The notes below the pieces were generated by a model. It did not search any database. It saw only the letters and a program-made list of their open reading frames with translations, and had not been told where the DNA came from. A stretch of DNA of 64,000 nucleotides from Oculatellaceae cyanobacterium bins.114 (GTDB lineage: Bacteria > Cyanobacteriota > Cyanobacteriia > Elainellales > Elainellaceae): positions 1 to 64,000 of the forward strand of contig JANRJA010000011.1 in the NCBI GenBank assembly GCA_033764315.1, given 5' to 3'. The position numbers and the translations under genes were made by a program. Positions 49,156-59,843 of the stretch are shown one piece after another; within the stretch, counting starts at the first letter, position 1, and every line of letters begins with the position of its first letter.

Positions 49156-52100
49156 ATGGCTTTTTCTTCTGTTACCCGTGCTCTGGGGCGATCGCCCCTG
49201 ACTCATGAACTGCTGACCAAACTCCATCAGCAGCAGTTTCTCAAGCTCAATGGCATCGCTCGCATCCCCAAGGGGTTAGTCGCCTCAACCCTGGCGCAGA
49301 CCGAACAGCGCAACTTGTTGGTGATTACGGCCACGCTAGAAGAGGCAGGGCGGTGGGCCGCCCAACTAGAGGCAATGGGTTGGCATACAGTTCACTTTTA
49401 CCCAACTTCAGAGTCGTCACCCTATGAACCGTTTGACCCAGAATCTGAGATGACCTGGGGACAATTGCAAGTGCTGGCAGACTTGCAGATGGCAGAATCC
49501 GGAAAACCGATCGCTAGTGCCTCTGCTGGCTTGGCGATCGTCGCCACAGAACGCGCCCTCCAGACCCATTTGCCACCACCAGAGGTGTTTCGCCCCTATT
49601 GCCTGACGCTGCAACGAGGCATGGAGTTAAACCTGGAAGACTTTAGTCGCCAGTTAGCCAATCTGGGTTACGAGCGGGTGTCGCTCGTGGAAACAGAGGG
49701 ACAGTGGAGCCGTCGGGGAGACATTATTGATGTGTTTCCAGTGGCATCCGAGTTGCCTGTGCGCCTGGAGCTATTTGGCGATGATCTGGAGCACCTGCGT
49801 GAGTTTGATCCGGCGACTCAGCGATCGCTCGATAGCATTCAACGGTTGGTGTTGACAACGACTAACTTTGCCCCAATGGTGTTGCAGGGACTGGGTGATA
49901 CTGCTGCGGCTCGTCTAGATGCTTTGCGTCCTTATCTCTCTCCAGAAGAGTTAGAGCGGCTTGAAGCAGGGCAGATGCCAGAGGGAATGCGACGCTTTCT
50001 AGGACTCGCCTTTGAGCAACCTGCCTCGTTGTTAGATTACTTGCCCGGTAATACAGTGGTGGCGATCGACGAAGAAGAACAATGTCGCGCCCATAGCGAT
50101 CGCTGGTTTGAACACGCTGAAGACCACTGGCAAGATGTCTCCACAGGATTAGCGACTGCTTTTGCTAAAACCCATCGCCGCTTTGATGAATCTCTGATTG
50201 CAGCCGAGAGGTTTGAGCGCATTTATCTATCGGAACTGGCAGAAGAACGTGAAGGGTTGAATCTGTCTAGTCGTCCCGTACCTGCGACTCCCCATCAATT
50301 TGGCAAGTTGGCAGAGACCATTCGAGGAGAGCGCGATCGCGGTTTTTCAATTTGGTTAGTGTCAGCCCAACCTTCTCGCTCAGTGTCGCTGTTGCAGGAA
50401 CACGACTGCTCAGCTCAATTTGTACCCAATCCTCGTGACTATCCAGCAATTGAGAAATTGCAATCTCAGCGGGTTCCCGTTGCGGTCAAATATTCGGGTC
50501 TGGCAGAGTTAGAAGGGTTCATTCTGCCGACGTTTCGGTTGGTCATCGTCACCGATCGTGAGTTTTTTGGGCAACACTCCCTCGCCACCCCCAACTACGT
50601 CCGTAAGCGGCGGCGTGCGGCTTCTAAGCAAGTTGACCCCAACAAGCTGCAACCGGGAGACTATGTCGTTCACAAAAATCATGGGGTTGGGCGATTTCTC
50701 AAACTCGAAAGTCTGACCATCAACTACGAGACTCGCGAATATCTGGTGCTGCAATATGCCGATGGTTTGTTGCGTGTCGCAGCCGATCAACTCAGTTCGC
50801 TATCGCGGTTTCGGGGGGCAGGCGATGTCGCCCCTGAACTCAACAAAATGTCGAGCAAAGCCTGGGAGAAAACCAAGAGCAAAGTTCGCAAAGCGGTTAA
50901 AAAAGTTGCCTTTGACTTGTTGCAACTCTATGCCCAACGGGCACAGCAGCAGGGCTATGCCTATCCCATAGACATGCCCTGGCAAGAAGAAATGGAGGAT
51001 TCTTTTCCCTATCAACCCACAACAGATCAACTCAAGGCCGTGCAGGATGTGAAGCGAGACATGGAGAGCGATCGCCCGATGGATCGGCTCGTCTGTGGGG
51101 ATGTGGGTTTTGGCAAAACCGAAGTCGCAATTCGCGCTATTTTTAAAGCCGTCACCGCTGGTAAACAGGTGGCTTTGCTCGCCCCAACCACCATCTTGAC
51201 GCAACAACACTATCACACCTTAAAAGAAAGGTTCGCTCCCTATCCCATTCAGGTGGGTCTGTTGAACCGATTTCGCAGTGCCGAAGAACGCAAAGAGATT
51301 CAACAACGCCTGTCCACTGGCGAACTGGATGTAGTGGTGGGAACGCATCAGCTTTTAGGCAAAGGCGTTGTTTTTAAAGAACTGGGCTTGCTTGTCGTCG
51401 ATGAGGAACAGCGGTTTGGGGTGAACCAGAAAGAAAAAATTAAAACTCTGAAAACTCAAGTGGATGTCTTGACCCTGAGTGCCACCCCAATTCCTCGAAC
51501 CCTTTATATGGCGTTGTCTGGAGTGCGGGAGATGAGCCTGATCACGACACCCCCACCCTCACGTCGCCCCATCAAAACCCATTTGGCACCTTTTGACCCC
51601 GAAATGATTCGGACGGCAATTCGCCAAGAACTCGATCGGGGTGGACAGGTGTTCTATGTCGTCCCCAGAGTCGAGGGCATTGAGGAAACAGCAGGTCTGC
51701 TGCGTGAGATGATTCCCAGTGCGCGGTTGGCGATCGCCCACGGTCAAATGCCTGAAGGCGAACTCGAAGCCACCATGCTCACCTTTAGCAACGGTGAGGC
51801 AGAGATCCTTCTATGCACCACCATCATTGAGTCGGGGTTAGATATTCCCCGTGTTAACACGATCTTGATCGAAGACGCCCAAAAGTTTGGGTTGTCTCAG
51901 CTCTATCAGTTACGCGGTCGAGTCGGTCGTGCCGGAATTCAAGCCCACGCCTGGTTGTTTTATCCCCGTCAAAGCCAACTGTCAGAAGCAGCGCGGCAAC
52001 GGTTACGCGCTATTCAAGAATTTACCCAACTGGGGTCAGGCTACCAATTAGCGGTGCGTGATATGGAAATTCGGGGCGTCGGCAATTTGCTTGGAGCCGA

Positions 52101-52662
52101 ACAATCTGGACAGATGGATGCGATCGGCTTTGACCTGTACATGGAAATGCTGGAGGATGCCATCAAAGAGATTCGTGGTCAAGAAATTCCTCAAGTGGAT
52201 GACACCCAAATTGACCTCAACCTCACAGCATTCATTCCAGCCGATTACATCCCCGACCTCGACCAAAAGATGAGTGCTTATCGCGCCGTTGCCTTAGCCC
52301 AAACCAAGCAAGAGTTAACTCAAATTGCTGCCGACTGGAGCGATCGCTATGGCACAATTCCTGTGGCTGCACAACAACTGCTGCGCGTAGTGGAACTGAA
52401 ACAAGTAGCCAAACCCCTCGGCTTTAGCCGCATTAAACCCGAAAACAAACAACACATTGTGCTCGAAACCCCAATGGAGGAACCCGCCTGGAACCTGCTC
52501 AAAGAAAACCTACCTGAATATCTGCGATCGCGCTTTGTTTATACAACTGGCAAAGTAACCGTGAGGGGATTGGGCATACTCAAAGCCGAGCAGCAGTTAG
52601 ATAGCTTGATCGATTACCTCAGCCGGATGAAAGGAGTCATTCCTGAACCAGCATTGGTTTAA
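49156..52662 (+). CDS. mfd: Transcription-repair coupling factor
   Basis: UvrB-homology region, CarD/RID (GDYVVH..HGVG), [27 protein letters not shown] domain. Confidence 0.98.
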   Translation: MAFSSVTRALGRSPLTHELLTKLHQQQFLKLNGIARIPKGLVASTLAQTEQRNLLVITATLEEAGRWAAQLEAMGWHTVHFYPTSESSPYEPFDPESEMTWGQLQVLADLQMAESGKPIASASAGLAIVATERALQTHLPPPEVFRPYCLTLQRGMELNLEDFSRQLANLGYERVSLVETEGQWSRRGDIIDVFPVASELPVRLELFGDDLEHLREFDPATQRSLDSIQRLVLTTTNFAPMVLQGLGDTAAARLDALRPYLSPEELERLEAGQMPEGMRRFLGLAFEQPASLLDYLPGNTVVAIDEEEQCRAHSDRWFEHAEDHWQDVSTGLATAFAKTHRRFDESLIAAERFERIYLSELAEEREGLNLSSRPVPATPHQFGKLAETIRGERDRGFSIWLVSAQPSRSVSLLQEHDCSAQFVPNPRDYPAIEKLQSQRVPVAVKYSGLAELEGFILPTFRLVIVTDREFFGQHSLATPNYVRKRRRAASKQVDPNKLQPGDYVVHKNHGVGRFLKLESLTINYETREYLVLQYADGLLRVAADQLSSLSRFRGAGDVAPELNKMSSKAWEKTKSKVRKAVKKVAFDLLQLYAQRAQQQGYAYPIDMPWQEEMEDSFPYQPTTDQLKAVQDVKRDMESDRPMDRLVCGDVGFGKTEVAIRAIFKAVTAGKQVALLAPTTILTQQHYHTLKERFAPYPIQVGLLNRFRSAEERKEIQQRLSTGELDVVVGTHQLLGKGVVFKELGLLVVDEEQRFGVNQKEKIKTLKTQVDVLTLSATPIPRTLYMALSGVREMSLITTPPPSRRPIKTHLAPFDPEMIRTAIRQELDRGGQVFYVVPRVEGIEETAGLLREMIPSARLAIAHGQMPEGELEATMLTFSNGEAEILLCTTIIESGLDIPRVNTILIEDAQKFGLSQLYQLRGRVGRAGIQAHAWLFYPRQSQLSEAARQRLRAIQEFTQLGSGYQLAVRDMEIRGVGNLLGAEQSGQMDAIGFDLYMEMLEDAIKEIRGQEIPQVDDTQIDLNLTAFIPADYIPDLDQKMSAYRAVALAQTKQELTQIAADWSDRYGTIPVAAQQLLRVVELKQVAKPLGFSRIKPENKQHIVLETPMEEPAWNLLKENLPEYLRSRFVYTTGKVTVRGLGILKAEQQLDSLIDYLSRMKGVIPEPALV

Positions 52663-52787
52663 AAACAGCTCAATGGTTGAGGTAAGAGTCAGTCATCTTG
52701 CAACTGACACTTACGCTAGATCATTCCATCCAACGTTATAAACCGAATAGTCCTTGATTTAACTTTGCCTAAAAAACTAATACCAAT

Positions 52788-53103
52788 TTAAACGGATTTT
52801 GGGGTACTCCCTTCAAACTTTGGGTTCTTATAGCCGTAGCTACATTCAATGGGGCGGAGGCGAGTCAGAAAGCTTTCCCAACATCAGGATTTGAGCCATT
52901 GCCTTTGCCTTAAGCTTTCTGACCAAAGCTATAATTTGCCGAACCAGACTAGCTCCTACTAATGCTTGATGGAATGCTGCTTGCTTTGCAGACGTTTCGT
53001 TGTCTTTCAAATAGCTTTGGATTACCTGGCTAAGCTGCTATAGCTCAGATAGCTCCAGTGCCTGCAACGGGTTAAGAATTTGGTTGAGAAGTGCTTGTGG
53101 CAT
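52788..53103 (-). pseudogene. Degraded small gene, antitoxin-like, with an internal stop and a MITE insertion
   Basis: MPQALLNQILNPLQALELSEL*QLSQVIQSYL...AAFHQALVGASLVRQI|KNPKFE; the frame continues when 52829-52933 is collapsed to one TA; the antitoxin call is from recalled resemblance only. Confidence 0.5.
52829..52933. mobile_element. MITE-like element (TATAGC...GCTATA) inserted at TA
   Basis: Left end TATAGCCGTAG is shared with the 6171-6276 element; internal GTCAGAAAGCT/AGCTTTCTGAC inverted repeat. Confidence 0.6.
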
Positions 53104-53204
53104 TATCTGTGACCGTGAGCTAGCTTTGCTATCTGTTCTGCAAACCCTAAACCAAATACCTTACAAATAGCCTACCAGAACTGTCCTCACCGACCGTCTC
53201 AGCA

Positions 53205-53295
53205 GCCCAACGATGCCCATCACTCGTCGCAGACAACCTCGAACATCTAACCGATAATCTCTCAACGGTCGGCGTGCATGGGCATATTGTTAGGC
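53205..53295 (-). mobile_element. Integron attC-like recombination site (91 bp)
   Basis: Minus strand GCCTAAC-AAT-ATGCCCAT[G]CAC...GTGATGGGCAT-C-GTTGGGC: RYYYAAC containing the gene's stop codon, one extrahelical base, GTTRRRY core. Confidence 0.75.
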
Positions 53296-53886
53296 TTCTG
53301 TATGAGCTAATTGTTGCAGCAATCTCTCGACTTCCCTGGGATTACGAACATTCAGGAATCCTATTTCCTCAGTCCATGAATTACCTTCGCTACTCCTGTG
53401 CAGGCGAGTCGTAATCACAACATCACCCGTGTCATTTCCTCTTTCCTTGCGATACAAGTCTTTGAGTTGAGCAGGTGCATAGTTTCTAATGGTTGTAAAC
53501 CAACCACTTTCAATTGAGATTGCTCGTTTATCAGTAATTAAGTATACTGTCCGAAATGCCTTGAGCCATTCTCGGAGTGGGCTGATAAGCATCCAAAAGC
53601 CAATAAGAACGAAAGGTACTCCAAAAAGAGCAAATAAGTGCTCAAATTTTATACCTTCATGCAAAGCTGAGATCTTAAATCCCACTGCTCCATACATCCA
53701 AAAAATAGCAAAGGCAGTCCAGGGAATACCAAAAAAGAAATAGGTTAATGATTGAAGCGTGAAAAAGCGAGGGAGGGGTTGCTCAATCCATTTTATGAAT
53801 TCGCCATCTTCAAGCTCCCTACTGATTCGTCTACGGAGCTTAGCTGGGATTTGTTGCCCATTCAGCATAGTCGATTCCTCCGGCAA
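53290..53886 (-). CDS. Two-TM membrane protein with PH-like C-terminal domain (gene cassette)
   Basis: GE...W...P, GIPWTAFAIFW, LFGVPF, T.Y.IT.KR; stop codon inside the attC inverse core. Confidence 0.75.
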   Translation of the reverse strand: MPEESTMLNGQQIPAKLRRRISRELEDGEFIKWIEQPLPRFFTLQSLTYFFFGIPWTAFAIFWMYGAVGFKISALHEGIKFEHLFALFGVPFVLIGFWMLISPLREWLKAFRTVYLITDKRAISIESGWFTTIRNYAPAQLKDLYRKERGNDTGDVVITTRLHRSSEGNSWTEEIGFLNVRNPREVERLLQQLAHTEA

Positions 53887-53956
53887 TTAAGAAATCAAAT
53901 GAAGCGATGACTAGAGAACTCAGTAACTCAACTTGCAAATTAAATTCTCAGAAAAA

Positions 53957-54268
53957 AGATCCCAAACCATTAATCGTTTACAATGTCCGCAGTTCTAGGG
54001 CTACCGGATTATTCTTCATTAATACAGCAGCTTGCGTTAAGTTCTCTGCTGCTAGTTCGTCACCTTGTGCCTTGGTAATTGTGGCTCGTTTTTCCCGTTC
54101 AGCCGAAGCTTAACGCGACATCATCCGTTTCAGATCTTCAGGCAATTCAATGCCCTGCAAACGAACCGAATCAAGGTGCCATCCCCAAACCTGAATTTGC
54201 TCTTCAACCGCCTCAAGAATCTGCTCCTGAATTCGCTCACGCTGAGAAAGTAGCTCATCTACTGAGAT
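53957..54268 (-). pseudogene. SPFH/band-7 (slipin/stomatin-like) fragment with two in-frame stops
   Basis: VDELLSQRERIQ...WG..LDSVRLQ.IELPEDLKRMMSR*ASAEREKRA.I.KA.G...AA..L..AA..M..NPVALELRTL*TI; TAA at 54110 and 53978. Confidence 0.85.
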
Positions 54269-54578
54269 CGGATCTACAACAAGAACACCTCATAACCCCT
54301 ACCTAATGAAATATGCCTTTCGGTAGGGGTATTGTATAGCTTTGAAATAACCTGCATGATCTACCTCCCGTAAGCTTCTCAGCTAATCAGTAAATTGGAG
54401 GTTAAAGCTTACAATTTCATCATTTCACAGCGCACAATGCTATCACTTCTTTTGTAACTATTCTTTGACAAGTAATCAATTAATGTCTCTGTTTTTTAGC
54501 GAAACCTAGAATAATCTCTCTCCTGAAGGCAATCTGACGGCAATTTGGTATTGAATACCCACAGATAGCTTTACATTT

Positions 54579-54659
54579 GTTAGTCCTAAACAAGTAAGGG
54601 TATGTCGCGCGGAGCGTGACATACCCTTACTCAAAAATCATTATTTTTAGAGGACTACC
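54579..54659. mobile_element. MITE-like element with a long internal hairpin and target-site duplication
   Basis: Ends GTTAGTCCTAAA and TTTAGAGGACTACC; hairpin GTAAGGGTATGTC...GACATACCCTTAC; TACATTT directly on both sides. Confidence 0.75.
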
Positions 54660-54690
54660 TACATTTGCACTCCTAATCAAGGAATCAATA

Positions 54691-54776
54691 GGCTAACGTC
54701 GTAGTTGAGCGGCGATAAGCAACCTCAGCATCATAACCGATCGCCTATATTCCGCCGTTCCAACGCAGTGTTCGAC
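54691..54776 (-). mobile_element. Integron attC-like recombination site (86 bp)
   Basis: Minus strand GTCGAAC-ACTGC-GTTG[G]AACGGCG...CGCCGCTCAAC-TACGAC-GTTAGCC; central sequence related to the 53205 site. Confidence 0.72.
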
Positions 54777-54817
54777 TGCTCGCTGAAAGTTCCACCTTCA
54801 TCCATTGTATCTACGCT

Positions 54818-55276
54818 TCAAGCTGCTGGGAAATAATGCCAACATTGTAGCTCTGGTTCATATTTTGCAATTGGGTATTCACTAAGATCTTCAGGCGTTA
54901 ATAGGATTAGATGTTGAAGGGCATCAGCCAGCTGTTCCATAAACTGCCTGAGCGCATTAAAACTCTCTTCGCTCGTTATTTGCTGAGGATCTAGATCTAG
55001 CTCAATCTCTTTTTCAGCAAAGAAATGACAATTTAATTGCACTCCTCCTACCCAAATTGATAAAAGTTTTGTCTGCTCTTGTATTGAGAAGATATTAACT
55101 GCCATTGATGGAAGTAGCGTGGGTTGACCATCAACAAAATATTGGTACTGTGCCGTTTCTCTGATAACACTTAAAAACTGATTCCAATCATCTAATGTCG
55201 TCCCCTTAACATAGATATCTCGCAAAGAGCCATCCCAAATTAAGTCATTACGAACTTGATCCCATAAATTGAGCAT
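54818..55276 (-). CDS. Hypothetical protein (gene cassette)
   Basis: 152-aa ORF with DGSLRDIYV...DW and NCHFF...IE.D.DP motifs; lies between the attI-like and attC-like sites. Confidence 0.7.
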   Translation of the reverse strand: MLNLWDQVRNDLIWDGSLRDIYVKGTTLDDWNQFLSVIRETAQYQYFVDGQPTLLPSMAVNIFSIQEQTKLLSIWVGGVQLNCHFFAEKEIELDLDPQQITSEESFNALRQFMEQLADALQHLILLTPEDLSEYPIAKYEPELQCWHYFPAA

Positions 55277-55406
55277 TTACTAGTTAATCGCAAATCTAAA
55301 CTGACATTTAAACAGCAACAATACCTTGAAAACAGCTTCAAACTACTTCCTCCTAAGACTCCAACAGGCAAACTCTCAATGCATTGCCCCTACAGACAAT
55401 CTAGCG

Positions 55407-55444
55407 GTCGAACAATATTATTAGATAGATTTTTGCAGCCTAAC
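55407..55444 (-). mobile_element. attI-like (non-hairpin) cassette insertion site
   Basis: Minus strand GTTAGGC...ATCTAAT-AATATT-GTTCGAC; the core GTTCGAC is exactly complementary to the inverse core of the next attC. Confidence 0.55.
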
Positions 55445-55792
55445 ATCCCTGTGGAACCCAATTAGAATGATTTTTTCACCCCATTTGGAAAATTGAGATA
55501 TTAGGCAGATTTAGATTCTTGAATATTAACCTCTACTCAGAGAATGTACTGATTTTATTCAGCATTTTTTCGGTTCTATGAGCTTTGTCTGCATACTAAT
55601 GTATTCAGTCAAGAGTTGATGCTATTTAACACGATAATGCTTTCAACTTCTTCTCCATTCTCGCCATAAAGTTCATCCAAACTAAGCATAAGAAGAACGC
55701 TGTTACCCAGCTCATTGTGTAGCTCTTCAAGCAACCAAGAAGTGTTGAATCTTGCCTGGTTTCTCTCTTGATTCTTCTTTTTTCTATCTTGC

Positions 55793-57277
55793 CTAAAACT
55801 GTCTTGTCCAATCGCTAAACCAGCGTTCTACAACGACTTTAGTTTGAGTAAAGAACTCGATCGCATGTGCGCCTTGTCCATGCAGATCGCCAAAGAAGCT
55901 GTCTTTCCAACCACTAAAGGGAAAGAATGCCATTGGGGCGGCAACGCCAATGTTGATGCCGATGTTACCTGCCTCAGCTTCATAGCGAAACTTGCGGGCT
56001 GCGGCTCCACTACTAGTAAACAGACACGCCATATTACCCCACACGCCTCGATTGACCAGAGCGATCGCCTCATCAATCGTGTTGACATGCATCAACCCCA
56101 ACACCGGACCAAAAATCTCGGTACGAGCAATCTCACTATCGGGGGGCACATCTTGCAACAGCGTGGGACGCACGAAACTGCCCTGTTCGTAGCCAGAAAT
56201 TTTAGGTTGGCGACCGTCAACTAAGGGTTTAGCTCCCTGATCGATGCCCCGTTGAATCAATCCTTCAATGCGATCGCGACTAGGATGATTGATCACGGGT
56301 CCCATTTGCACACCGTCCTCCAACCCAAACCCCACAACTCTCGCTTTGGCTGCTTCGGCGATCGCTTCTGTAAAGGGTTCCTTGGCTTGTCCCACCGTCA
56401 CCATTAACGACGCCGCCAAACATCGCTGTCCAGCGCAACCAAAGGCACTATCCATCGTGATGCGAGTAGTGGTTTCCAGATCAGCATCCGGTAGCACGAT
56501 AATCGGATTTTTGGCTCCTCCCTGACACTGCACCCGCTTGCCATTGGCGGCTGCACGACTGTAAACGTAGCGAGCAACGGGGCTAGAGCCGACAAAGCTG
56601 ATCGCGCGAATCACCGGATGATCGAGAATGGCGTCTACGGCTTCTTTAGATCCGTTCACCAAGTTCACCACTCCGGCAGGCAATCCCGTTTGCTCTAGCA
56701 GTTGAAACACTTTGTACATGGTCAGGGGCACTTTTTCAGAAGGCTTGACAATATAGGTGTTGCCACATGCGATCGCGTAGGGCAAAAACCAGAAGGGAAT
56801 CATACCCGGAAAGTTGAAAGGGGCGATCGCGGCAGCGACCCCTAACGGTTGCCGAATCATAATTTCGTCGATGCCCCTGGCAATATCTTCGGAATTATAG
56901 CCCTGCATCAAAATCGGAATGCCACACGCCACTTCCACATTTTCGATGCCTCGTTGCATCTCCGCTTTCGCCTCAGCAAAAGTTTTGCCACACTCCAATG
57001 TGATTGTTCGTGCCAGATCATCCAGGTTGGTTTCGAGCAACCCCTTCAACTTAAACAGATATTGCACTCGGTCTGTAGGAGGGACTCGCCGCCAAGCTTT
57101 AAAGGCGATCGCCGCTGCCTGTGCAGCCTGATCAATTTCACTGGTAGGAGAAATAGGAACTTGGCTCAACACCTCATTAGTCGCTGGATTGATCACATCT
57201 AGATAGTCAGTTGCGATCGAGGTTTGCCATTGTCCGTTGATGTAATTCTGTAGCCGTTCTGGTTGTAAACCGCCCAT
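55793..57277 (-). CDS. mmsA: CoA-acylating (methyl)malonate-semialdehyde dehydrogenase
   Basis: [48 protein letters not shown]. Confidence 0.92.
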   Translation of the reverse strand: MGGLQPERLQNYINGQWQTSIATDYLDVINPATNEVLSQVPISPTSEIDQAAQAAAIAFKAWRRVPPTDRVQYLFKLKGLLETNLDDLARTITLECGKTFAEAKAEMQRGIENVEVACGIPILMQGYNSEDIARGIDEIMIRQPLGVAAAIAPFNFPGMIPFWFLPYAIACGNTYIVKPSEKVPLTMYKVFQLLEQTGLPAGVVNLVNGSKEAVDAILDHPVIRAISFVGSSPVARYVYSRAAANGKRVQCQGGAKNPIIVLPDADLETTTRITMDSAFGCAGQRCLAASLMVTVGQAKEPFTEAIAEAAKARVVGFGLEDGVQMGPVINHPSRDRIEGLIQRGIDQGAKPLVDGRQPKISGYEQGSFVRPTLLQDVPPDSEIARTEIFGPVLGLMHVNTIDEAIALVNRGVWGNMACLFTSSGAAARKFRYEAEAGNIGINIGVAAPMAFFPFSGWKDSFFGDLHGQGAHAIEFFTQTKVVVERWFSDWTRQF

Positions 57278-57615
57278 GATCACCCTTTGAAATAAAGCCC
57301 ATCCGTTTATTGTGAGGCAGTTGGGCTTAAAAATCGCCATAAGTTAATCGTCAATCTATCAAGGCTGAGCGCGGGCTATATCAGAAATGCTGAGTGCCGA
57401 GGGGGTTTAGTTCTCCCTTGACGCCTTTACCCCGACCCGAAAAACGTCATGAAATGGTCAAAAGTGTGCAATCACTTTTTTGCAACAAAATATTACAGAG
57501 GAGGGATATTAAGATAAATCCCCTAGATCAACATCAGAGCTAGACAGAAAAGGGATCTCGGGATTTGAGTTTGCAAAGACAGCACCTAAGGAATCGGCAA
57601 AAATCCATGGGTTCG

Positions 57616-57633
57616 ATAAGCATAAATGCTTAT
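57616..57633. promoter_or_regulatory. Palindromic operator candidate between mmsA and ndhD
   Basis: ATAAGCAT-AA-ATGCTTAT. Confidence 0.35.
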
Positions 57634-58025
57634 TCAAACATTTCCCTATTGTAGATTATCGAAAATTTTCATTAAAACTTTGTCATAAACTGGGTGAAAA
57701 GGTTAAACAAACTTAACAAATTGGGGTATCTTAGGTTAGTAAGTACAAATCCTTACTAAAAACTTCTTTTCTTGGCTCGGTCTGTCAAGCAATTTTAGGA
57801 GAGCGAAGGTTAAAGACTTCTGAATCACTGGACTACATCTTTTTTATTTGTATTCCCCCAACTACGTGTCGCCCACTTCACTAGTGCTTCTTACCTTCTA
57901 GCCTCCCAACTTCCGATGCGGTGCGCTTCTTACTTTTTCACAGACTGAGTGCAGGTTACTCTCCCGATATTGATTTAGTAACCTTTAATCCCTTCATCCA
58001 CAAACGTTTGGGTAGGCTCTCAATC

Positions 58026-59633
58026 ATGAGTACTCATTTTCCGTGGCTAACAGCCCTGATTCTCTTTCCTCTAGTGGCAGCTTTACCCATTCCTCTGCTG
58101 CCTGACAAAGAAGGTAAAACTGTTCGTTGGTATGCGTTGAGTGTGGCGATCGCTGAGTTTGCTTTCATCCTCTACACCTTTTGGAAGCACTACGATTTGC
58201 AAAACCCCACCTATCAATTAGTCGAGTCTTATGACTGGATGCCTCAGATCGGTTTGCACTGGTCTCTTGCAGTGGATGGGTTGTCCATGCCCCTGGTGAT
58301 TTTGACCGGGTTGATAACCACCCTAGCTATCTTTGCATCTTGGCGAGTGACCGATAAGCCTCGCCTTTTTTACGTCTTGATGCTGGTGATGTATAGTGCT
58401 CAGATTGGGGTCTTCCTGGCTCAAGACATCCTGCTCTTTTTCTTGATGTGGGAGTTAGAGTTGGTTCCCGTTTATCTATTAATTGCCAACTGGGGTGGAC
58501 AAAAACGCCTCTATGCAGCCACTAAGTTCATTCTCTACACGGCTGCCGCCTCGATCTTCATCCTGGTTGCAGCGTTGGCGATGGCCTTTTACGGCGACCA
58601 TGTCACGCTCGATATTACAGAGTTGGGGCTAAAGCATTACTCGCTTGGGTTTGAGTTGCTGATGTATGCAGCTTTTTTGGTGGCGTTTGGGGTAAAGTTG
58701 CCCATCTTCCCACTCCACACCTGGTTGCCTGATGCCCACAGTGAAGCACCTGCACCCGTCTCAATGATTTTGGCAGGGGTGCTGCTTAAGATGGCAGGGT
58801 ATGCCCTGATCCGCTTCAACATTGAGATGCTACCTAACGCCCACATTTACTTTGCTCCTGTGCTGGCAGTACTCGGTGTCGTCAACATCATTTACGCCTC
58901 TCTGACTGCCTTTGCCCAAGACAACTTAAAGCGACGCTTAGCTTACTCGTCGATCGCCCACATGGGGTTTGTGCTTCTAGGTATTGCCTCTTACACGACG
59001 CTGGGCATGAGTGGTGCAGTCTTACAGATGGTGTCTCACGGCATGATTGCAGCGACCCTGTTCTTCCTCACAGGTGTGGCATACGATCGCACTCATACCC
59101 TCTCAATGAACCAGTTGGGTGGCATGGCAAAGCAGATGCCAACTGTGTTTGCACTCTTTACAGCAGGCTCAATGGCATCTCTAGCCTTGCCAGGGATGAG
59201 CGGTTTTGTCAGTGAATTAACGGTGTTTCTGGGCTTTAGCACCAGCGATGCCTATAGCGATTCCTTTAAGGTCGTGATCATCGTATTAGCGGCAGTTGGG
59301 GTTCTGCTCTCACCCATCTACCTGCTGTCGATGTTGCGTCGTGTGTTTTATGGTGCAGCCAACAGCCAATGGACAACGGAGTTTAGAATCACGGATGCTA
59401 AACCTCGTGAAGCCTTTATCGCTATGTGTTTGCTGATTCCCATCATTGGTATCGGCATCTATCCCAAATTGGCGACTCAAACCTATGACGTGAAAACCGT
59501 TGAAGTTGCCTCTCATTTGCAGACTGTATTGCCGACCTTGGCTCAACAGCCCTTAAACCTCAACACCCCGGTTTTTAAGGCTCCTGTAGTGTTAGGCACT
59601 GACGTTAAAGAACTAGTCAGCCTTGCAGAATAA
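58026..59633 (+). CDS. ndhD: NAD(P)H-quinone oxidoreductase subunit 4 (NdhD1/D2 class, stand-alone, probably NdhD2)
   Basis: [45 protein letters not shown]. Confidence 0.93.
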   Translation: MSTHFPWLTALILFPLVAALPIPLLPDKEGKTVRWYALSVAIAEFAFILYTFWKHYDLQNPTYQLVESYDWMPQIGLHWSLAVDGLSMPLVILTGLITTLAIFASWRVTDKPRLFYVLMLVMYSAQIGVFLAQDILLFFLMWELELVPVYLLIANWGGQKRLYAATKFILYTAAASIFILVAALAMAFYGDHVTLDITELGLKHYSLGFELLMYAAFLVAFGVKLPIFPLHTWLPDAHSEAPAPVSMILAGVLLKMAGYALIRFNIEMLPNAHIYFAPVLAVLGVVNIIYASLTAFAQDNLKRRLAYSSIAHMGFVLLGIASYTTLGMSGAVLQMVSHGMIAATLFFLTGVAYDRTHTLSMNQLGGMAKQMPTVFALFTAGSMASLALPGMSGFVSELTVFLGFSTSDAYSDSFKVVIIVLAAVGVLLSPIYLLSMLRRVFYGAANSQWTTEFRITDAKPREAFIAMCLLIPIIGIGIYPKLATQTYDVKTVEVASHLQTVLPTLAQQPLNLNTPVFKAPVVLGTDVKELVSLAE

Positions 59634-59663
59634 AAGGCTGTACTGACAATTGTGGTTGATAAT

Positions 59664-59697
59664 GCCGGGGGTGCAGGGATGCATCCTCGGTTTTCTT
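59664..59697 (+). terminator. Intrinsic terminator after ndhD
   Basis: CCGGGGGTGCA-GGGA-TGCATCCTCGG followed by TTTTCTT. Confidence 0.6.
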
Positions 59698-59843
59698 ATG
59701 ATTGGAAATGAATTTTATGCCAACTTGATTCGTGTTTGTGGTAGATGCTTGGGTAGGGCATTTCGTGAAACGCTCTGACAGGGGTTGAAAATTCCCTGAA
59801 ATCTATGGCAATCGGTGTTCGTTCTAACTGAAAGAGGTATCTC

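Noticed and set aside
52728-52734. Additional GTTRRRY core (GTTGGAT on the minus strand) as a third attC
   Set aside because: No matching inverse core or hairpin visible; a 7-mer can occur by chance
55445-55793. Expected integron integrase next to the attI-like site
   Set aside because: Only about 350 bp, with no tyrosine recombinase motifs; the 61-aa ORF 55626-55811 is unsupported
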